A stretch of 64,000 bases of DNA from contig OZ245365.1 of NCBI GenBank assembly GCA_965226495.1, positions 4,832,001 through 4,896,000 of the forward strand, given 5' to 3'. The notes beneath the pieces are model-generated. The model did not search any database and was not told the DNA's origin. It saw only the letters and a list, made by a program, of their open reading frames with translations. The stretch comes from Candidatus Marinacidobacterales bacterium. Its GTDB lineage: Bacteria; Acidobacteriota; Vicinamibacteria; Marinacidobacterales; DATDRI01. Positions 18,901 to 28,022 of the stretch are shown here, one piece after another; the first letter of the stretch is position 1, and each line of letters begins with the position of its first letter. The translations under genes were made by a program, and so were the position numbers.

Positions 18901-19662
18901 CTAGGGGTGATTCGAATGAGCACGCTCCGTGCGCGCGTAGAGATCGCGTAACGTCGCGAGCTCCTTCGCCGTCGGTGCCTGCGTTTGTTCGAGCTCGCGC
19001 GACATGCTCAGGCTCCAGCCGGTCCCCTGTTCGACTTGCTCGAAAGTGGTTCCAGGGTGAAGCGAAGTCAAGATCAACTCCTCCCGATCCGCGACACGCT
19101 CCAGAATCCCAAGATCGGTGATGACCCGGGTGACACCCTTCACCTGTCCCTCCGCCAGCGCACTCGAACCTACCGACGTCACGAAATCGAGACGTTCCAC
19201 GAACGTCCTTTTGCTTTGGCGAACAATGACGAAGACTTCGCCGGAGGACGTGGCGATCTCTGAAGCACCACCTGCTCCCGGAAGTCGTACCGTCGGCTTT
19301 CGATAATCACCAATCACCGTCGTGTTGATGTTGCCGAAACGGTCGATCTGAGCCGCACCGAGAAAACCGACGTCGATGCGCCCACCCTGTAGCCAATAGC
19401 GGAAGACTTCGGGAGTCGAGACGACGCTGAATGCGGTCTCCGCCAATTCACCGTCGCCGATCGATAGTGGCAGGACTTCTGGTTGGGCACCAATCGTCCC
19501 CGATTCGTATATCAAGACGACGTCGGGGGCGTGAGTCAACCGCGCCAAGTTTGCTGCAGCGCTGGGCAAACCGATACCGACGAAACAGACGGTGCCATTA
19601 CGAAGAGCGCGCGCCGCCGCCACGGTCATCATCTCTTCGGCGGTGTAAGAGCCGTCAGACAT
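18901..19662 (-). CDS. catJ: CoA-transferase beta subunit (3-oxoadipate/glutaconate CoA-transferase type)
   Basis: FVGIGLP, LIYESGTIG, GFLGAAQIDRFGNINTT, RLPGAGGA. Confidence 0.85.
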   Translation of the reverse strand: MSDGSYTAEEMMTVAAARALRNGTVCFVGIGLPSAAANLARLTHAPDVVLIYESGTIGAQPEVLPLSIGDGELAETAFSVVSTPEVFRYWLQGGRIDVGFLGAAQIDRFGNINTTVIGDYRKPTVRLPGAGGASEIATSSGEVFVIVRQSKRTFVERLDFVTSVGSSALAEGQVKGVTRVITDLGILERVADREELILTSLHPGTTFEQVEQGTGWSLSMSRELEQTQAPTAKELATLRDLYARTERAHSNHP

Positions 19663-20509
19663 CCCTCGGTCTCGCGAGGCTCGTGAGGTAGCCGTCGAAA
19701 TCACCGGTCTCCAAAACGTGCCGTCTCATCCACACTTCGAAAGTCTCTCGATCGCGTGCGATCAAATCCCATTCCTGATAGAAAGTATTGTCCCTCCGAG
19801 TGTAGCCAAGCGCATACGATGGGTGAGCACCACCCGGAGCTTCGCAGACCGCCGTGACCACCCAATGCGGGAGCATGACCGCGTTGGGCCTTGTCTCGAA
19901 GCCGTCGACGATCTCCTCCACGGTAACAATGGATTTCTTCGAAGCCAGCACGGCTTCCCTTTGTACACCCACGATGCCCCAGATCATCACGTTGCCGAGG
20001 CGGTCGGCCTGCTGCGCATGGATGATCGTCACGTCGGGCCGCGTCGCAGGTACGGCGGCGAGCTCCTCCTCGGTGAAAGGACATTGGATGCGCTTGATTC
20101 TCGGGTTGACCTTCGGCAAGTCCGAACCCAAGTAGCCGCGGATCACCGCGAATGGTAGTCCGGCGGCGCCCGCCTCGTAGGCGCTCGCCATGGCTGCATG
20201 GCTGTGCTCCTCGAGCTCGAGCCGACGTGGCCATCCATTCTCGACGGCATCCCGGAATCGATGAAGAGAACCAACGCCTGGATTACCGCCCCAGGAAAAA
20301 ACCAGCCTGCGTGCATATCCCATCCCGATGAGCTGATCATAAATCAGGTCGGGAGTCATCCGGACCAAAGTAAGGTCTCGTTTGCCTTGGCGGATCACCT
20401 CGTGGCCCGCGGCGTGGGGGATCAGATGCGTGAAGCCCTCCATCGCGACCGTTTGCCCGTCGCGAACAAGCTCGGCAATCGCTTCACGGAAACTCGTGAT
20501 CTCGGCCAC
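19655..20509 (-). CDS. catI: CoA-transferase alpha subunit
   Basis: MEGFTHLIP, RMTPDLIYDQ, FSWGGNPGVGSLHR, EEHSH, GGAHPSY. Confidence 0.85.
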   Translation of the reverse strand: MAEITSFREAIAELVRDGQTVAMEGFTHLIPHAAGHEVIRQGKRDLTLVRMTPDLIYDQLIGMGYARRLVFSWGGNPGVGSLHRFRDAVENGWPRRLELEEHSHAAMASAYEAGAAGLPFAVIRGYLGSDLPKVNPRIKRIQCPFTEEELAAVPATRPDVTIIHAQQADRLGNVMIWGIVGVQREAVLASKKSIVTVEEIVDGFETRPNAVMLPHWVVTAVCEAPGGAHPSYALGYTRRDNTFYQEWDLIARDRETFEVWMRRHVLETGDFDGYLTSLARPRDV

Positions 20510-21568
20510 GACACAATATGACGGCAGCGCTTTCGCGTTTGCAAGCCGAGCGACGGCGAAACCGCGCGATCCTATGTTAGCCTTGTCGTGCTACCCGAAT
20601 GATGAGACCCGCTGCCCTTCTCGTTCTTCTTCTCGCGGCGCCTGCCACAGGGCAAGAGAGCTGGCCGCAATGGAGAGGCCCGCATCGCGATGGGGCGTTG
20701 CTCGGCTTTTCCGCTCCAACCAGTTGGCCGGATCGCCTAGAGATGAAATGGAAACAAGAAATTGGCTCGGGCTATGCATCCCCGGTGGTCAGCAATGGGA
20801 GGGTCTATGTGTTCTCCCGCCAGGAAGAACGGGAGCTCATTTCCTGCCTGGAACTCACGAGCGGTAAGATTCTTTGGCAACAAAGCTATCCCGCCCCCTA
20901 TCGTGTAAACCCCGCGGCCGCCTCGCACGGCCCCGGCCCGAAGTCGACGCCCGTGCTAGACGACGGCAAGCTGTGCGTCTTCGGTCTCAGCGGGATTCTT
21001 TCCTGCTATGAAGCGAAGAGTGGGATTCCACTTTGGCGAAAAGGGTTCTCGGATCAGTTTTCCGCCAACGCCCCGGTGTACGGCGCGGCGATGTCGCCTC
21101 TAGTGAGAGACGGCGTGTTGTATCTACACGTCGGAGGAAACGACGACGGTGCGTTCACCGCGTTTTCGATAGGCACTGGAGAAGTCGAGTGGCGATGGGA
21201 CGGAGACGGGCCCGCCTATGCTTCTCCCGTTCTTACCAAGCTCGGAGGCGTCCGACAGATCGTCACGTTCACCGAGGGGGCTCTACTTGGCCTCGACCTA
21301 TCTGGGGGGAAGCTTCTGTGGCGCATCCCCTTCACCACCGCGTGGAATCAAAACTCGGTCACACCCCTAGTTCTCGGAGACACGATCATCTACTCCGGGC
21401 TGGAAAAAGGCATCACCGCGGTCAAAGTCACTCGGAGCGGCGGAAAATGGAACACCGAGACCCTCTGGGAGAATGACGACCTTTCGATGTACATGAGCTC
21501 ACCGGTCGTAGACGGAGATCTCCTATTTGGTCTTTCCCAGTACAAGAAGGGCCAGGTCTTCTGTCTCG

Positions 21569-21779
21569 ACGTACGGACCGGCAAGACGCTTTGGGTTAGT
21601 GAAGATTGACCGAAGCGCCGCATTCGCTTCCAGCGTCGTCGCGTCCACACCCAGTGTCTTGGACGCTAGAATTTCTAGCACCCATCCAAATACAGATTCG
21701 TGAACTTCCAGCGGAAGCTTTGGAATGGTCCGGCGTTCGTCCAACGTACGGACCGGCAAGACGCTTTGGGTTAGTGAAG
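21569..21779. repeat. 36-bp perfect direct repeat (21569-21604 and 21744-21779) flanking a 139-bp insert
   Basis: ACGTACGGACCGGCAAGACGCTTTGGGTTAGTGAAG occurs twice. Confidence 0.95.
21605..21743 (-). mobile_element. Internal fragment of a DDE transposase (IS1182/IS5-like)
   Basis: Minus strand translates to LPLEVHESVFGWVLEILASKTLGVDATTLEANAALRSI, which resembles the segment around the first catalytic Asp (xDATTLEANA) of IS1182-like transposases; recognised from memory. Confidence 0.65.
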
Positions 21780-22007
21780 GCCGTCAAGGAGACAACGCTG
21801 CGATCCTGCGGGGCGGCGGCCTCCTATTCCTCCTGACCGACCAAGCCAAGCTGGTCGTCGCATCCGCGAGTGCGGACGGCTTCGCCCCGATCAGGACCTA
21901 TGAAGTGGCGGAGAGCCCGACGTGGGCTCATCCGGCCATTCTGGGCAACCAGATACTGATCAAAGACAATTCCAGTATCGCTCTATGGACGCTGGAATGA
22001 ATGCGCC

Positions 22008-22835
22008 TTAGAGGTCCTTCGAACCATCTTCTTTGTTACGCTCCTCTTGCTCCAGCTCCTTTTCTAGAGCCTTGAGGCGAGATTCGAGCTCCTCCATTCT
22101 CTTCTGCACGCCATTCCAATCCATGGATTTGATGCGATCCAAACGCTCCTGCCACTCCTCGCTGTCGAAATGCTCCTCGAGACCCTCCATGGCGTGTCCC
22201 AAAGCTTCCGTGATTTCTTCGTCGATCCTGAAATCCTCGTCGTCCCAAGTGAACGAAAACTTCTCGTGAGGCCCATCCAGAACCTTGACGCCGTGGAGCG
22301 GCGATCCGGGACCACCTAGACGCAGAACGCTTCGCTCGCGCTCGGTGATCGTAACGAAGACGGTCTGGGCACTGCCGTCCCTCCAAACGCCCAAGCTCAC
22401 GGTGTCTCCCTCTTCTTTCTCGCGGACATGGCGGGCGAGCGTCCGGGCAGAGTCCACCGTTTCACCATCGACTTCGGTTAGAACGTCTCCCACCCGTACC
22501 CCTGCCTGTTCGGCAGGGCTATTCGCCTCAACCTTGGCCACCATCACGCCGACGTCCTCGGAAAGGCCGAAGTGTATTCGAAGCTCCGGCGTCAAACTCA
22601 TCAGCTGGACGCCGAGAAACCCGCGGCCATGTATGCCTCCGAAGAAGGTATAGTCGTGGCCACCATCGTCGTCGTCTCCGACCCAAACGTACCTCTCCAC
22701 TCTCTTCTCGACGTTTTTCCCGTCTGGCTCCTTCTGCTGGGGCTCACTCTGCGCCAGCATGAAAGGGGTCGAGGCAAGCAACGTCGCGAAAAAAATGGAC
22801 GTCATACTCAGAAGCTTTACTCTAGCGTCGATCAT
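22008..22835 (-). CDS. Exported PDZ-domain protein with C-terminal coiled coil
   Basis: Signal peptide; GFLGVQL...GVMVAKVEANSPAEQAGVRVGDVLTEVDG; no protease domain. Confidence 0.85.
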   Translation of the reverse strand: MIDARVKLLSMTSIFFATLLASTPFMLAQSEPQQKEPDGKNVEKRVERYVWVGDDDDGGHDYTFFGGIHGRGFLGVQLMSLTPELRIHFGLSEDVGVMVAKVEANSPAEQAGVRVGDVLTEVDGETVDSARTLARHVREKEEGDTVSLGVWRDGSAQTVFVTITERERSVLRLGGPGSPLHGVKVLDGPHEKFSFTWDDEDFRIDEEITEALGHAMEGLEEHFDSEEWQERLDRIKSMDWNGVQKRMEELESRLKALEKELEQEERNKEDGSKDL

Positions 22836-22854
22836 GTTGTCTCCTCTTCGGTAA

Positions 22855-23271
22855 TCACTTACGGTAGTTCACGGGGCGTGCCCGGGACTCCTTCGCTTCT
22901 CGCGACAACGCCCTTAGATCCATGAGAACGTCTATCCCATCGGTACCACCGAGACTCAAAACCGGCTGCGACTCGGCGGCGAGTGCCCTGAGCTCTTCCA
23001 ACTCTCTCTGCAGGGACTCGTACTCGTTCCGCAAGGTCTCGACCCGTTGGGCTGCCTCCGCCCGTTCGCTTGCCCCCTGCCAATAGTTCCATGCCGACGA
23101 AGCAGCCAGGATGAACACCGCTGTCGCCGCAACCGCAAACGCCGGCCGCCTCCGGCGGGGGGCGGAGGAAGCGTTTTCCGGCAGCTTCTCCATCAAGTGT
23201 CTCGTAAAATCCGAAGATGCCTTCTGCTTCGGCAGTTTACGTAGCAAGCTCCCGATGTCTTCGTCTTTCAT
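22855..23271 (-). CDS. Probable single-TM anti-sigma factor
   Basis: ATGA-coupled to the ECF stop; LP...AS.DFT..LM.KL followed by a TM helix and coiled coil. Confidence 0.7.
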   Translation of the reverse strand: MKDEDIGSLLRKLPKQKASSDFTRHLMEKLPENASSAPRRRRPAFAVAATAVFILAASSAWNYWQGASERAEAAQRVETLRNEYESLQRELEELRALAAESQPVLSLGGTDGIDVLMDLRALSREAKESRARPVNYRK

Positions 23272-23831
23272 CCCTGCACTCCATTCCAATACGGGCTCAG
23301 GAGATGGCGGAGTCGCTCACGCCCGCGGTTGATCCTCGACTTGACGGTCCCTTCTTGACAGCCAAGAGCGGATGCGATCTCCCGGTACGACCATCCCTCG
23401 ATCTCCCGAAGCGTGATCGGAGACCGGTATTTCAGAGGCAGCTCCGCGAGAGCCCAGGCAACGCGCTCGCACGCCTCCGCCTGAAGCAACTCGGCTTGCG
23501 GAGTAGGTCGCGGATCGTGCCCATTCGAAGAAAACTTCATGGAGAGGATTCGAAAGCGGCGTGCTCGCCTTTCTTCCGACCGCAGCAAGTTGGTAGCGAT
23601 GCGAAAGAGAAACGGTACGAACTGACCCTGTTCTCGGTATCGAGCCAAGGATTGGTAAAGACGTAGGAAAGATTCCTGGGCTAACTCCTCCGCCCGATCC
23701 CGGGAGCGGGTCAGCCCGGTGAGGTAGTTGACCAAGGCATCCTTGTGGCGATCCACGAGTTGTCCAAATGCGTCGCGATCCCCTGACCTCACTCGACTCA
23801 TGAGGGTGGCGTCGTCCATTCCCAGGTTCAT
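23268..23831 (-). CDS. ECF sigma-70 factor
   Basis: AEELAQESF, LFRIATN, SYREIASALGCQEGTVKSRINRGR. GGAG RBS before ATG 23831. Confidence 0.93.
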   Translation of the reverse strand: MNLGMDDATLMSRVRSGDRDAFGQLVDRHKDALVNYLTGLTRSRDRAEELAQESFLRLYQSLARYREQGQFVPFLFRIATNLLRSEERRARRFRILSMKFSSNGHDPRPTPQAELLQAEACERVAWALAELPLKYRSPITLREIEGWSYREIASALGCQEGTVKSRINRGRERLRHLLSPYWNGVQG

Positions 23832-23849
23832 GCCATCTCCATTGGGTAT

Positions 23850-23874
23850 AACGCCCCAAGATAGCAAAAGTTCC
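23850..23874 (-). promoter_or_regulatory. ECF-type promoter, likely autoregulatory
   Basis: Minus strand GGAAC-N16-CGTT, 18 bp upstream of the ECF start codon. Confidence 0.65.
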
Positions 23875-23900
23875 CAATACGGCCCGCAGGGCCGCCCGGC

Positions 23901-23987
23901 CGGAGAGCCCTCAGCCCGCGCGCAGTCGCTTGCCGACCAAGCGCGGGGTCTGGGGGTGGGGCCCCAGACCAATGATGGATGCGCCCC
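23901..23987 (+). repeat. Structured dispersed repeat, copy 2
   Basis: Stems CCGCGC/GCGCGG, GTCG/CGAC, GGTCTGGGG/CCCCAGACC; same loops (CTTGC, GTGGGG) as copy 1. Confidence 0.8.
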
Positions 23988-24213
23988 TTGACCCTTTCTT
24001 TGACTAACCGCCCGACTGGCGGTACCATTATTGACAGTCATTTTCCGGACATAAATAGAGCGTTTCGACCGTCGGACCAACGGGTCTACCCGCTACATGC
24101 CCTTTAATTACTTGGGCTTAGGGGTGGGACCCGGACCGGCCTGAACCACCGCCAAGACTGCCTCCCAACCCAGTCGCGCGGCTCGAGCGGCAGAGCACCG
24201 CGAGATTGGAGCT

Positions 24214-24582
24214 ATGCGACTTTTTGTTTACCTCGTCCTGGCAGTCGGTCTGTCTGCGTGCGGCGCCGAGCAAAGCTCCATGCCCGACAGTTTGCTCGGT
24301 GTCTGGAAAACCAGAACCCGCAAGTACCGAGACCGCTCCTTCGAGCTTCAGCCGGACAAGGTCACCTTTGAAACCGGGGAGGAATCTCCGGATACCAACA
24401 TCGTGCTCGGTGTCGAAGCGCTTGAGGAAAATGGACGTCTCCTCTACGACATCGGTTACTTGAGCCCTGACGGTTTGGAGCACACCTTCTCCTTCTACTA
24501 CGAACCCATGGCTGGCGGCGTTATTGCACTCAAGAACCAAGGTGGGATCGTCTGGAGAAAAGAAAGGCGCAAAAAGGAATGA
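24214..24582 (+). CDS. Hypothetical lipoprotein
   Basis: GGAG RBS, lipobox LSAC, LLGVW motif; ATGA-coupled to the next gene. Confidence 0.75.
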   Translation: MRLFVYLVLAVGLSACGAEQSSMPDSLLGVWKTRTRKYRDRSFELQPDKVTFETGEESPDTNIVLGVEALEENGRLLYDIGYLSPDGLEHTFSFYYEPMAGGVIALKNQGGIVWRKERRKKE

Positions 24583-25232
24583 GGATACTCCGGCGAACGC
24601 GATTCTTGCTCGACGAGTTCCAGTATCGGATCTTGTTCTTGCACGTTCTCTACTTCGTGGCGCTCATCTTGGTCTTTACCTCGGCGATTTTCGTGCCCCT
24701 CATCATGGACCTCCAAAATGGAGTGCTGTCGTTCGCGGAGAGGCACCTGGTGGCGAACCAATTCTTGTCTCTCCACTCGCGTATCTGGCCCGCGGTCTTG
24801 ATCCTGTTCGTGCTGCTGAGCGCCCACTCGGTGTTCGTGTCTCACCGCATCGCCGGCCCTCTCTACCGATTCCGCAAGGTGATGAAGGCGGTGGCGTCCG
24901 GTGATCTCTCCATTCGGTTCACCCTGCGTAAGAAAGATTACTTGGTAAAGGAAGCCGACCTCTTCGCGGAAATGATCGCGGCGCTGCGCCACAAGGTGGG
25001 AAACCTCAAGGATCACTGTTCCGAGCTGGAGGCGCTCGTCGAAGAGCTAAGGATGGCGGCCGACGGCGACTCGGCAGATGAAATCGAGCCAAGGATAGAG
25101 AGGTTACGGGCCGAAATGGCCAAGCTCAAGGCCGCGGCGGACGAGTTTACAACTGATCACGCCTCTCCGCGCGCTGCTACCCAAGAAACGGAAGCGCCCA
25201 TCGGGTCGGCAAGGGTCCCCAACGAGGCGTAG
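24579..25232 (+). CDS. Two-TM HAMP-domain protein (truncated MCP-like)
   Basis: Two TM segments, SHRIAGPLYRF...GDLS...LRKKD HAMP, short coiled coil. Confidence 0.8.
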   Translation: MRILRRTRFLLDEFQYRILFLHVLYFVALILVFTSAIFVPLIMDLQNGVLSFAERHLVANQFLSLHSRIWPAVLILFVLLSAHSVFVSHRIAGPLYRFRKVMKAVASGDLSIRFTLRKKDYLVKEADLFAEMIAALRHKVGNLKDHCSELEALVEELRMAADGDSADEIEPRIERLRAEMAKLKAAADEFTTDHASPRAATQETEAPIGSARVPNEA

Positions 25233-25264
25233 AAACAATGTCTCTCGAACGCTCGGCTCACCCC

Positions 25265-25717
25265 ATGACTCGCGAGGAGAATGGCTTCTCGCTCGTGGAG
25301 CTCCTGATTATCGCGGCCATGCTGGCCACGCTAGTCAGCATCGCGGTGCCCATATACGCTCGCGCTTTGGATAGCGCGAGAATGGCGCATGCCGTCGCCG
25401 AGATTCAAACACTGCAAAAGGAAATCTTCGTCTACGACGTGCAGACCGGAAACCTTCCTCTCACCCTCGAAGACATCGATCGCGAAAGGCTCACCGATCC
25501 ATGGGGAACACCTTACGAGTACCTAAACTTTTCCGGCATCAAAGGGAAAGGCAAGATGCGCAAGGATCGTTTCTTGGTGCCTTTGAATTCCCGTTATGAC
25601 CTTTATAGCAAGGGGCCCGATGGCAAGAGCACCCCACCGTTGACCGCCAAGGCGAGCCGAGACGACATCATCCGCGCCAACGATGGGAGCTTCGTGGGAC
25701 CGGCCTCCGAGTTCTGA
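25265..25717 (+). CDS. Prepilin-type N-methylation protein (GspG-like pseudopilin)
   Basis: GFSLVELL cleavage motif, DPWGTPYEY, YDLYSKGPDG, DDIIRANDG. Confidence 0.9.
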   Translation: MTREENGFSLVELLIIAAMLATLVSIAVPIYARALDSARMAHAVAEIQTLQKEIFVYDVQTGNLPLTLEDIDRERLTDPWGTPYEYLNFSGIKGKGKMRKDRFLVPLNSRYDLYSKGPDGKSTPPLTAKASRDDIIRANDGSFVGPASEF

Positions 25718-25731
25718 TCGGGAACAAGAGA

Positions 25732-27861
25732 ATGAGATTAGACACAACGCTTCTTCGCAGCAAGGTCGGCAAGAGACTCTTTACTCTGTTCATACTCTGC
25801 TCGCTCGCCCCAATCACGGTGCTCGCCATCATCTCCTTTACTCACGTCACCAAGCAGCTGGACGCGCAGAGCCGGAGCCGATTGCACCAAGCGAGTAAAG
25901 CGCTCGGAATGGCTATTTTCGAGCGATTGGCCTTCCTCGAGGCCGGGATGAAGTCGGCCGCCGCGAACCTCAGGCTCGGCGTGGACATCGGAAAGGGTGA
26001 ACATCCGATCGTCGCGGATCTCGGAGAACGATTCGACGCGCTGGGTCTCTTGTCCGTAGGCGGAGATTATACGCATCTAGTGGGAGACCCCCAACGACTG
26101 CCCGAGCTGGAACCGGAACACGAAGAGCATATGGCTGACGGGCGGACGCTGCTGATCCAACGGCGCGCGGTCGGTGTCCTTCCGCGGTTCATGATGATCC
26201 GTATGGTGGACGATGGAGATCCCTCGCGGGGCCTCTTACTAGGAGAGCTGAACACCAGATACCTGTGGGGCGGCGAGTCGACCCTTCCACCGCTCACGGA
26301 TCTTTGCATTCTCAGTGATGTCGACACCATTCTCTTCTGCTCGGGTGAGGTACCGATCTCCGAGAACGTAGGCTGGAAGCTTCGCGAGTCGGCCTCTGGA
26401 CATTTCGAGTGGAGCGGAGAAGGAGAGACTTTCTTGGCGGGGTATTGGTCGATACCTCTTTTCGGCTTCTCGGCGGCACAGTGGACGGTGATCTTGAGCG
26501 AGTCCATTGAAAGTGTCCACGCGCCAATGGCCGATTTCAGAAAGACGTTCCCCCTCGTCATTCTCATGTCCTTGTGGGTCGTCCTCCTCTTGAGCATCAA
26601 TCAAATACGTCGGAGTCTCGTCCCGCTCGAGAACCTTCAGGAGGGAACGCGACGAATCGCAGAAAAAGATTTCGATAGTCGAGTAAGCGTCGACAGTGGG
26701 GACGAGTTCCAGGAGCTCGCCGAATCCTTTAACGGCATGGCGGGTGAATTGGGCAGACAGTTTCACACTCTTGCCACCATGTCCGAGATCGATCGGGCCA
26801 TTCTTTCTGTTTTCGACACCCAGCAAATCGTAAACACACTACTCACAAGAATGCCCGACGTGCTCCCCTGTCGATCAGTCAGTTTGACGATCATTGACAC
26901 CAAGGGTAGCAACCGAGCCGAGACCTATTCGAAAAGCTGCGACCCGGAGGGTGAAACGGTAGTCGAGACCGTCGAGCTCGACCGCAGAGAGCTGGGAGAT
27001 CTTCGAGACAACCCGGAAAGCCTTTGGATCCGAGGAACTCCCCCACCACACTACATCCCTCCTTCGATGCGGCTGCGCGCCGAGTCCTGGCAGGTCTTTC
27101 CGATCTTCTTCAAGGAGCGACTGGCGGGGATCATAACCCTAGGCGATGCGGATGCTACCGCGCATGGTCAAGAGGATTTGCGCCGGGCGCGACAGTTGGT
27201 GGACCAGGTTGCGGTAGCCCTCTCGAACGCTCACCTAGTCGAGCAGCTGGACGAGCTCAACTGGGGAGCGCTCATCGCCCTCGCCCGTACCATCGACGCG
27301 AAATCTCCTTGGACCCTGGGGCACTCCGAGCGGGCGGCTGAAATAGCCATGAAGATTGGCCGGGTTCTGGGCCTAGGTCAGAAAGACCTGGACGACCTAC
27401 ATCGCGGAGCGTTGCTCCACGACATCGGCAAAATCGGAATTCCTCCCACCATCCTGGACAAGCCCGGGAAACTAACTCCCGATGAAATCGAGGTCATGCG
27501 GGAACATCCCCTGATCGGCGAGCGCATCCTCGAACCTATCGCCGCCTATGCCGACGTGATCCCGGTCGTCTCGCAACACCACGAATGGTTCGACGGATCG
27601 GGTTATCCGCGCGGCCTGTCGGGCAACGGGATTCGCTTCATCGCCCGCATCTATGCGGTGGCGGACGTCTTCGACGCCTTGATTGCGGATCGCCCCTACC
27701 GAGCCGGCTTGAGCCTCGAGACGGTGACCGATTACATCAAGGAGAGATCGGGGCGCCAGTTCGACCCCGAGGTCGTCGCCGCCTTCTTAGAGGTTGTGGC
27801 GAACGGCTACCCGAGTGCCAAGGAAGAGGAAGCCGAGCCCAGCTCCGTCACCCAGGCCTAG
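25732..27861 (+). CDS. Membrane sensor HD-GYP phosphodiesterase (periplasmic domain, HAMP, GAF, HD-GYP)
   Basis: Two TM, HAMP (GDEFQELAESFN), GHSER, LLHDIGK, HHEWFDGSGYP, ADVFDAL...RPYR. Confidence 0.92.
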   Translation: MRLDTTLLRSKVGKRLFTLFILCSLAPITVLAIISFTHVTKQLDAQSRSRLHQASKALGMAIFERLAFLEAGMKSAAANLRLGVDIGKGEHPIVADLGERFDALGLLSVGGDYTHLVGDPQRLPELEPEHEEHMADGRTLLIQRRAVGVLPRFMMIRMVDDGDPSRGLLLGELNTRYLWGGESTLPPLTDLCILSDVDTILFCSGEVPISENVGWKLRESASGHFEWSGEGETFLAGYWSIPLFGFSAAQWTVILSESIESVHAPMADFRKTFPLVILMSLWVVLLLSINQIRRSLVPLENLQEGTRRIAEKDFDSRVSVDSGDEFQELAESFNGMAGELGRQFHTLATMSEIDRAILSVFDTQQIVNTLLTRMPDVLPCRSVSLTIIDTKGSNRAETYSKSCDPEGETVVETVELDRRELGDLRDNPESLWIRGTPPPHYIPPSMRLRAESWQVFPIFFKERLAGIITLGDADATAHGQEDLRRARQLVDQVAVALSNAHLVEQLDELNWGALIALARTIDAKSPWTLGHSERAAEIAMKIGRVLGLGQKDLDDLHRGALLHDIGKIGIPPTILDKPGKLTPDEIEVMREHPLIGERILEPIAAYADVIPVVSQHHEWFDGSGYPRGLSGNGIRFIARIYAVADVFDALIADRPYRAGLSLETVTDYIKERSGRQFDPEVVAAFLEVVANGYPSAKEEEAEPSSVTQA

Positions 27862-28022
27862 CCCTCGCCGTCTCGGCGTATCAGAAACCAAACGATAGCG
27901 GCCACGACGAGGACTGCTAGCCGCTGGCGCCAGTCGAAACATTCGCCACCCCATACTCGACATCGTCAAGAGACTGTGTCGTGCTTCGTTGCAACTCAAC
28001 TAACGCGAAGCCTATCATAGCC

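Larger units (their letters stand above)
20599..22000 (+). pseudogene. Exported PQQ-like/BamB beta-propeller protein interrupted by an insertion
   Basis: WPQWRGP, YASPVV, STP, TWAHPAI motifs. Removing 21605-21779 restores ...TLWVSEGRQGDNAA... in one frame. Confidence 0.85.

Noticed and set aside
21605-21743. Insert as a structured RNA or self-splicing element (several short hairpins)
   Set aside because: The minus-strand translation as a transposase fragment explains it better; no group I/II intron or ribozyme motifs.
21569-21779. Two 36-bp repeats as a minimal CRISPR array
   Set aside because: The repeat is host coding sequence, the spacer is 139 bp, there are only two units and no cas genes.
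24060-24213. c-di-GMP riboswitch upstream of the pilin/HD-GYP operon
   Set aside because: The class I GGCAAAC/GNRA/GACGCAAAG elements and class II features were not found.
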